NCBI GenBank assembly: GCA_048885865.1 | Contig: JBHLLF010000044.1 | Coordinates: 1 to 21,130, forward strand | Direction of reading: 5' to 3' | Length of the DNA: 21,130 nucleotides | DNA from: Candidatus Hermodarchaeota archaeon | GTDB taxonomy: Archaea; Asgardarchaeota; Thorarchaeia; Thorarchaeales; Thorarchaeaceae | In this document: piece by piece, positions 16,881 through 21,130 of the stretch | Layout: every line of letters starts with the position of its first letter | How positions within the stretch are numbered: position 1 is the first letter of the stretch | The notes under the pieces: generated by a model | Told to the model about the DNA's origin: nothing | The model's input: the letters and a program-made list of their open reading frames with translations, nothing else | The model's database searches: none | Program-made: the position numbers and the translations under genes

Positions 16881-18362
16881 TTATTGCGAAGGTGTTTTGC
16901 GGATATAGATGATAACGACAACTACTAGAGCTCCTACCCCGAAAGCGGCCAAAGCCAAGTAGGGTCCGAATATGACAAGCGGATTGTTTGGCCAGATTTC
17001 AGCCAGTGCATTTCCTGCAGCGAGCCAGGAATCTGCAATCTCAAGCAGGTGAATAGAAACCTCATCCAAATCAGATTGATGGGCAGTAAGAACAGCTTCG
17101 AGATTGCCAGTCGAGTTATATTCATCAGCCATTGTCATGAAGATCGAAGCAACTGGGCCTGTATATGCAGTCAGATTGCTCGGAAACACCAGGGTAGAGT
17201 TGTCAGTAATTGCCTCGAAATGAGATAGAGCCTGTTGACCTGCAGCCAGAAAAGCTGTGAGATCAACATCAGGCGTTAGCGAAGGGAGTGCTTGCAGGCT
17301 AGCTCTATAAGATAGGTATTGAAGAGTGACTTGTGCTTCAAGTCCGAGCCCCAGGAACATGAGAAGTGATGCCTTGAACTCGCGCTCACCTTCCATTCCT
17401 GTGAAAACATCGAAATATTCAGTTAATCCTTGAACTGTGAAGTCTTCGCTAAGTCCCCTAAATGCTCCTTCTCCAAACTTCCAGAGAATAGCTGTACTTG
17501 GGTCTGCATAATATGCAGCTCCAATGCCAAGGAGCCTATCTCGGATATACTCTCCAAGGAATTTGCTTGGATTTTCGGCAGGAGTGCCGCCTGATTTCAA
17601 TAGCACAGTAATGAAATATCGATCCGACCACGCCTGAATTAGATTTGTGTAAGTTATCTTCGTGTAGTTGCCTCTTCCATCCTCTGGATAACCGAAGTTT
17701 TCGCCAAATGAACCCACTCCAGGATCAATGATGGTGGCGGATGAATCAGTATCATTGTATCCAACTATCAGTATTCCGTGTGCACCTCCTGAAGCCCCTA
17801 GGTCCCGAAGATAGTCATAATCAAATGCTGGTAGCCATGCGGGATTGACGCTAATTAGAAGGGGATAGCCCTCATCAATTGTCGATTTCATAAGCGCCAG
17901 AGCGTCATTCTGCCCATCTAGTAATTCAGAATTGATTCCTCGCCCCTCCCAGACTTCCACAAGCTGTTCGGCTGACGGGGTAGAAGTGTCGAAATACATT
18001 GTCAGATTTAGACCGTAGAGATCTGCAAGAAATTGCGTTGGCTCAGCCTGCATATAGATTGCTCCAGGATACATTAGCCATGTGTCGTTATACCTCACAT
18101 AGGCAAAAGAGAAACCTACACCAGTAGCAGCAAGGACATCATGAAGGTCCAAGTCGACTCCTGCTGCTTGAACCGCAACAGAGGTCGCGGCCCACGCACA
18201 AAGCCCATTGATCTCTTGCCACACATAAGGCACATTCTCAATTAGTCCTTCTGAGAGTGGTGCTATTGCATCGTTTGAGGGAATCCTTGCTTCCACTGAA
18301 AGCTGTGGGGCAAGGAGAAGTACTGCAATGAATGTAAGTGCGATAGCACCAGTCCACTTCAT
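16881..18362 (-). CDS. Secreted, C-terminally membrane-anchored papain-fold (C39-like/BtrH-N-like) cysteine peptidase
   Basis: N-terminal signal peptide, VPYVWQEINGLC (Q...C), AHGILIVGY (His) and IIDP (Asp). The C-terminal TM helix is followed by RK. Confidence 0.75.
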   Translation of the reverse strand: MKWTGAIALTFIAVLLLAPQLSVEARIPSNDAIAPLSEGLIENVPYVWQEINGLCAWAATSVAVQAAGVDLDLHDVLAATGVGFSFAYVRYNDTWLMYPGAIYMQAEPTQFLADLYGLNLTMYFDTSTPSAEQLVEVWEGRGINSELLDGQNDALALMKSTIDEGYPLLISVNPAWLPAFDYDYLRDLGASGGAHGILIVGYNDTDSSATIIDPGVGSFGENFGYPEDGRGNYTKITYTNLIQAWSDRYFITVLLKSGGTPAENPSKFLGEYIRDRLLGIGAAYYADPSTAILWKFGEGAFRGLSEDFTVQGLTEYFDVFTGMEGEREFKASLLMFLGLGLEAQVTLQYLSYRASLQALPSLTPDVDLTAFLAAGQQALSHFEAITDNSTLVFPSNLTAYTGPVASIFMTMADEYNSTGNLEAVLTAHQSDLDEVSIHLLEIADSWLAAGNALAEIWPNNPLVIFGPYLALAAFGVGALVVVVIIYIRKTPSQ

Positions 18363-18434
18363 GATTAGTCAAGCCTCTCAGTAGATTTTCAATCATAAGC
18401 ATGTCGCTGGAGGAACAAATGAACTACATCATAT

Positions 18435-18851
18435 TTATTGAAGGAATTCAGTTTCTGAATACCTGCCTGTCATCATCCGAATTACTTCCCATTTTCCTTC
18501 AGATGAGAGTTCCCAGATCTCCAACATGCGTCCGTATACTTTCTCTGTCAATCCCCCTCCGCGTGGAGTGCGTATTTCGATGAATTTCGCAAGGTAGGTC
18601 GCTCGATGTTCACCAATGTCAATGAATTCATTGTCCATTTCAAAGGAAATTGTTGTATACATATTCATGAAATCGTCAAAGGCTCCCCGAATTGATTCTC
18701 GACTTACAATGTCCGCTGTGCCAGGAAACATCAGGATGGCGTCTTCACTGAATAGGTTGCTCATATCCAAGGGTCGATGTTCTGAAAAAGCTAAATGCAG
18801 TTCTGCTATTGCTTTCATTAGAGTTACCCTTTTTGAGCTACTGGAATTCAA
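18435..18851 (-). CDS. NTF2/SnoaL-like (DUF4440-type) protein
   Basis: LFSEDAILMFPG...SRESIR...GRMLEIWE....KWEVIR fits the NTF2-like fold. I chose TTG 18851 because it follows GGAGA; ATG 18905 and 18818 are alternatives. Confidence 0.78.
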   Translation of the reverse strand: MNSSSSKRVTLMKAIAELHLAFSEHRPLDMSNLFSEDAILMFPGTADIVSRESIRGAFDDFMNMYTTISFEMDNEFIDIGEHRATYLAKFIEIRTPRGGGLTEKVYGRMLEIWELSSEGKWEVIRMMTGRYSETEFLQ

Positions 18852-18924
18852 TACATCTCCAGTACCTTCCTTGGATTTCACTTCAGGGTTTGCATGACTC
18901 GTCATTCTGCCAACTCTCAGAGAA

Positions 18925-19392
18925 TCAGAGTGGTTTTTGAATCTCATCCGGGAATCCTTTGTATTCAATAACTCCAAGGGGTTCAAGGTACGGGATAGGA
19001 TTCCAGACAGACCAGCCTTCCACTATCTTTCCGTTAGCTATGCGATAGTGCGGAACTGCGTCCATAGCGATTTTTGCACCTGTAGGGGCTATGCCACGAT
19101 ATTCGCCTGTGTGCGTAGCCGTGATTTCTACCTTGAGCCATACCGAATCCTCATCAGCAATGATATCATCAATAGTCCGATGGATATCGGGGAATCCTGC
19201 ATATTGCCTTCTCAACACTTCTTTCAAGTCTTCTAGACTTTGGACCTCTAGTTGCTTGTTCATATAATCAGGGACGATTAATTCATCAAGAAGACTAAGG
19301 TCTTGACTGTTAATAGCTTTCATCATCTTATAGCCAATTTCCAAATTCGCATTGATCGATGGAGAACTTGTAGCCTTTTTACTATCAATCAT
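18925..19392 (-). CDS. SnoaL-like ester/polyketide cyclase family protein
   Basis: GFPDIHRTIDDIIADEDSV...THTGEYRGIAPTG...YRIANGKIVEGW is the SnoaL/ester cyclase consensus. Confidence 0.88.
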   Translation of the reverse strand: MIDSKKATSSPSINANLEIGYKMMKAINSQDLSLLDELIVPDYMNKQLEVQSLEDLKEVLRRQYAGFPDIHRTIDDIIADEDSVWLKVEITATHTGEYRGIAPTGAKIAMDAVPHYRIANGKIVEGWSVWNPIPYLEPLGVIEYKGFPDEIQKPL

Positions 19393-19412
19393 GACAATCG
19401 TTTATGAGGTAG

Positions 19413-19429
19413 TTAACTATTGTTAATAA
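19413..19429. promoter_or_regulatory. 17-bp motif TTAACTATTGTTAATAA with palindromic core (copy 2), putative operator/promoter element
   Basis: Lies in the divergent intergenic region between the SnoaL gene (ATG 19392, minus strand) and the radical SAM gene. It is identical to 14723-14739. Confidence 0.5.
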
Positions 19430-19437
19430 GTGTGCTT

Positions 19438-19566
19438 ATGGGCCCTTCGCAGATGGATTTTGAACTCTATGGGGGTCTGAATTATCCCACAACTGGTTCA
19501 TCGAAGTTGCACATGCGCAATAAGTGCCAATATGAAGATTTGACCAAAGAGCAACGTTTATTGTGA
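19438..19566 (+). CDS. Possible small ORF, 42 aa (MGPSQMDFELYGGLNYPTTGSSKLHMRNKCQYEDLTKEQRLL); coding status unverified
   Basis: Translated by hand from ATG 19438 to TGA 19566. It fills most of the gap upstream of the co-oriented radical SAM gene. No clear RBS and no recognisable family. Confidence 0.25.
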   Translation: MGPSQMDFELYGGLNYPTTGSSKLHMRNKCQYEDLTKEQRLL

Positions 19567-19599
19567 TGAGGAAGTCAGAAGGCGTGGAGCGAAGTCTGA

Positions 19600-20682
19600 T
19601 TGAACTATCACCTGGTTTTGACACGCAGATGTAATCTCAATTGCGCATATTGTCATGGCGGGGAGCAGACAGGACCAGATTCGGAAATTCAATACTCCCT
19701 TGATGATCTCGCCTCGTTCTTGGAGCAGGATGATGATGTCCAACTCATGCTTTATGGCGGCGAACCCACTCTTAGAATTCCTCTAATCACTGAATTGATG
19801 AAGCGATTCTCTCACACGAGATTTATGCTTCAGACAAATGGATTGCTTCTGAATCAAATTCCTGAGGAGTATGTCAAGAGATTCCATTCAATTCTAGTAT
19901 CGATAGATGGTATTGAAGACACTACAGATTGCTATCGCTCCAAGGGCGTGTATCAAAAGGTCATCAACAATGTCAGGTGGCTGAGAGGGATTGGGTATGA
20001 GGGCGATATCGTGGCAAGGATGGCGGTTTCTGAGCAGTCAGACATCTACAGAGATGTTAGACACCTTGCTGAGTTGGGAGACCCCTCATTCGACCATGTA
20101 CATTGGCAATTAAACGTCGTTTGGGATGCCGAAGGGAATTGGCAAGATTTCGACGGATGGCTGAACAATTCCTACAATCCTGGGATTTCTCGTCTGGCTG
20201 ATGAGTGGGTTGCAGCAATGAATTCGGGAGTGGTTGAAGGTATCGTTCCATTTCTACCACTAATGCATAGCCTTGTGACGGGCGATGATTCTGAATTGCG
20301 TTGTGGCTCAGGTCTTGACACATTCGCAATTCATGTAGATGGCTCAATAGGAGTATGCCCCATCTCACCTGACTGGGACTTCTCGATTGTGGGGAACATT
20401 AAGGAGTCCTCACCTGAGGAAGTTAGAAGTATTATGCATGTTGATGAGCCATGTCCCTCCTGTGAGATATTTGGACTCTGCGGCGGTCGTTGCCTCTTCG
20501 CAAACAAGCAAAGACTCTGGGGCGAAGAAGGCTTTGCGAAAGTCTGTAGCAGTGTGAAGCATCTGGTAGCATCACTAAGCAAGCATGTTCCCGCAGTGAA
20601 GAAACTGATTGAAGAGGGAGTGGTTTCATTAGCAGATTTTGAGTATCCAGAGTTTAATAATGGATGTGAAATAATCCCCTAG
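19600..20682 (+). CDS. Radical SAM/SPASM protein, archaeal AF0577 (TIGR04084)-like, putatively peptide-modifying
   Basis: CNLNCAYC (CxxxCxxC), YGGEP, QTNG, VSIDG, and SPASM Cys residues CGSG...CP...CPSCEIFGLCGGRC...C. The C-terminal GCEIIP is, from my recollection, typical of this family. TTG start. Confidence 0.88.
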   Translation: MNYHLVLTRRCNLNCAYCHGGEQTGPDSEIQYSLDDLASFLEQDDDVQLMLYGGEPTLRIPLITELMKRFSHTRFMLQTNGLLLNQIPEEYVKRFHSILVSIDGIEDTTDCYRSKGVYQKVINNVRWLRGIGYEGDIVARMAVSEQSDIYRDVRHLAELGDPSFDHVHWQLNVVWDAEGNWQDFDGWLNNSYNPGISRLADEWVAAMNSGVVEGIVPFLPLMHSLVTGDDSELRCGSGLDTFAIHVDGSIGVCPISPDWDFSIVGNIKESSPEEVRSIMHVDEPCPSCEIFGLCGGRCLFANKQRLWGEEGFAKVCSSVKHLVASLSKHVPAVKKLIEEGVVSLADFEYPEFNNGCEIIP

Positions 20683-20683
20683 G

Positions 20684-21130
20684 TCACAAGTCTTCTTCTT
20701 CGATTGCCTCTTCCTCAACAAGGCTCTTCACCATGGTGACAATCACTTCTTTGAGGCGTTTCTTCCTTCCGGTTTCCTTGTATCCAAGAGCCTCATAGAA
20801 CGAGAGCTGCGCCTCGACGGCACCATATACTTCAACTTCGACAACTTGCGCGCCTCTCGACGCTAGTAGATTCTCAGCATATTGCATAAGCAGGGTACCA
20901 ATACGTCTACCTCTGAATCTTTCAAGAATTCCAAGTCGCGAAATAACTCCCATTTGGCCGCTTAACCGCACACGCATAGTGCCCACTATCTGATCGCCCA
21001 CTAATGCCACATATTGATCACCCATTTGGATGTGACGAGCAATCTTCGATAGACCTTCGGTAAGTGCTGCAGGAGTTCGAGAAAGCTGCTTCTTCACGGG
21101 CTTATACGCTTCCACTATGATTGCTTTGAC
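20684..21130 (-). CDS. GNAT-family N-acetyltransferase, 5'-truncated by the window edge
   Basis: Acetyl-CoA-binding motif A FRGRRIGTLL and FYEALGY. The frame stays open to the window end (VKAIIVEAYKP...), so the track start at 21115 is probably internal. Confidence 0.88.
   Translation of the reverse strand, partial: VKAIIVEAYKPVKKQLSRTPAALTEGLSKIARHIQMGDQYVALVGDQIVGTMRVRLSGQMGVISRLGILERFRGRRIGTLLMQYAENLLASRGAQVVEVEVYGAVEAQLSFYEALGYKETGRKKRLKEVIVTMVKSLVEEEAIEEEDL

Noticed and set aside
19436-19743. Minus-strand ORFs 19436-19624 (62 aa) and 19558-19743 (61 aa)
   Set aside because: They overlap the start of the well-supported radical SAM gene on the opposite strand and have no recognisable features.
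1-21130. An AcuABC-like acetylation switch formed by the ACD, the AcuC-like deacetylase and the GNAT
   Set aside because: The three genes are 5-20 kb apart in different transcription units, and the known AcuA/AcuC switch targets AMP-forming Acs rather than ADP-forming ACD.
1-21130. CRISPR arrays, tRNA/rRNA genes, transposases or integrases
   Set aside because: I saw no regularly spaced repeats, cloverleaf-like sequences or recombinase motifs by eye, and the intergenic gaps are all short. tRNAscan-SE and Infernal would be needed to exclude small RNAs formally.

Overview
This is a densely packed archaeal chromosomal window with about 22 protein-coding genes. The gene content (ATP-dependent DNA ligase, type-2 IPP isomerase, ADP-forming acyl-CoA synthetase, AF0577-type radical SAM, GGAGG/AGGTGA ribosome-binding sites) points to an archaeon, and an Asgard/Thorarchaeia-like origin is only my inference. 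In order it holds: a 5'-truncated ADP-forming acyl-CoA synthetase alpha subunit, fni, a membrane protein, a DUF3795-like Cys-rich protein, a purQ-like/purL-like pair, an AcuC/HDAC deacetylase, an SCP2-like protein, an amidohydrolase, a thioredoxin, a PRC-barrel protein, a membrane protein, lig, a membrane protein, an MBL-fold hydrolase, a membrane protein plus winged-helix regulator, a YyaL-like protein, a secreted C39-like cysteine peptidase, two NTF2/SnoaL-fold proteins, a radical SAM/SPASM enzyme and a 5'-truncated GNAT. The strongest signal is the translationally coupled PurQ/PurL pair. Both ORFs are full-length and intact, yet both have lost their catalytic residues (PurQ Cys nucleophile to Gly; both PurL catalytic His replaced) and no purS or other pur gene is nearby, which suggests a co-evolved pseudoenzyme or neofunctionalised complex. 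Secondary signals are an exact 17-bp palindromic intergenic motif present twice, a possible RiPP-like cluster with a 42-aa ORF upstream of the radical SAM gene, a possible C/D-box k-turn over the radical SAM start codon, and an in-frame TAA plus hairpin upstream of a membrane-protein gene. I saw no rRNA, tRNA, CRISPR array or mobile element.
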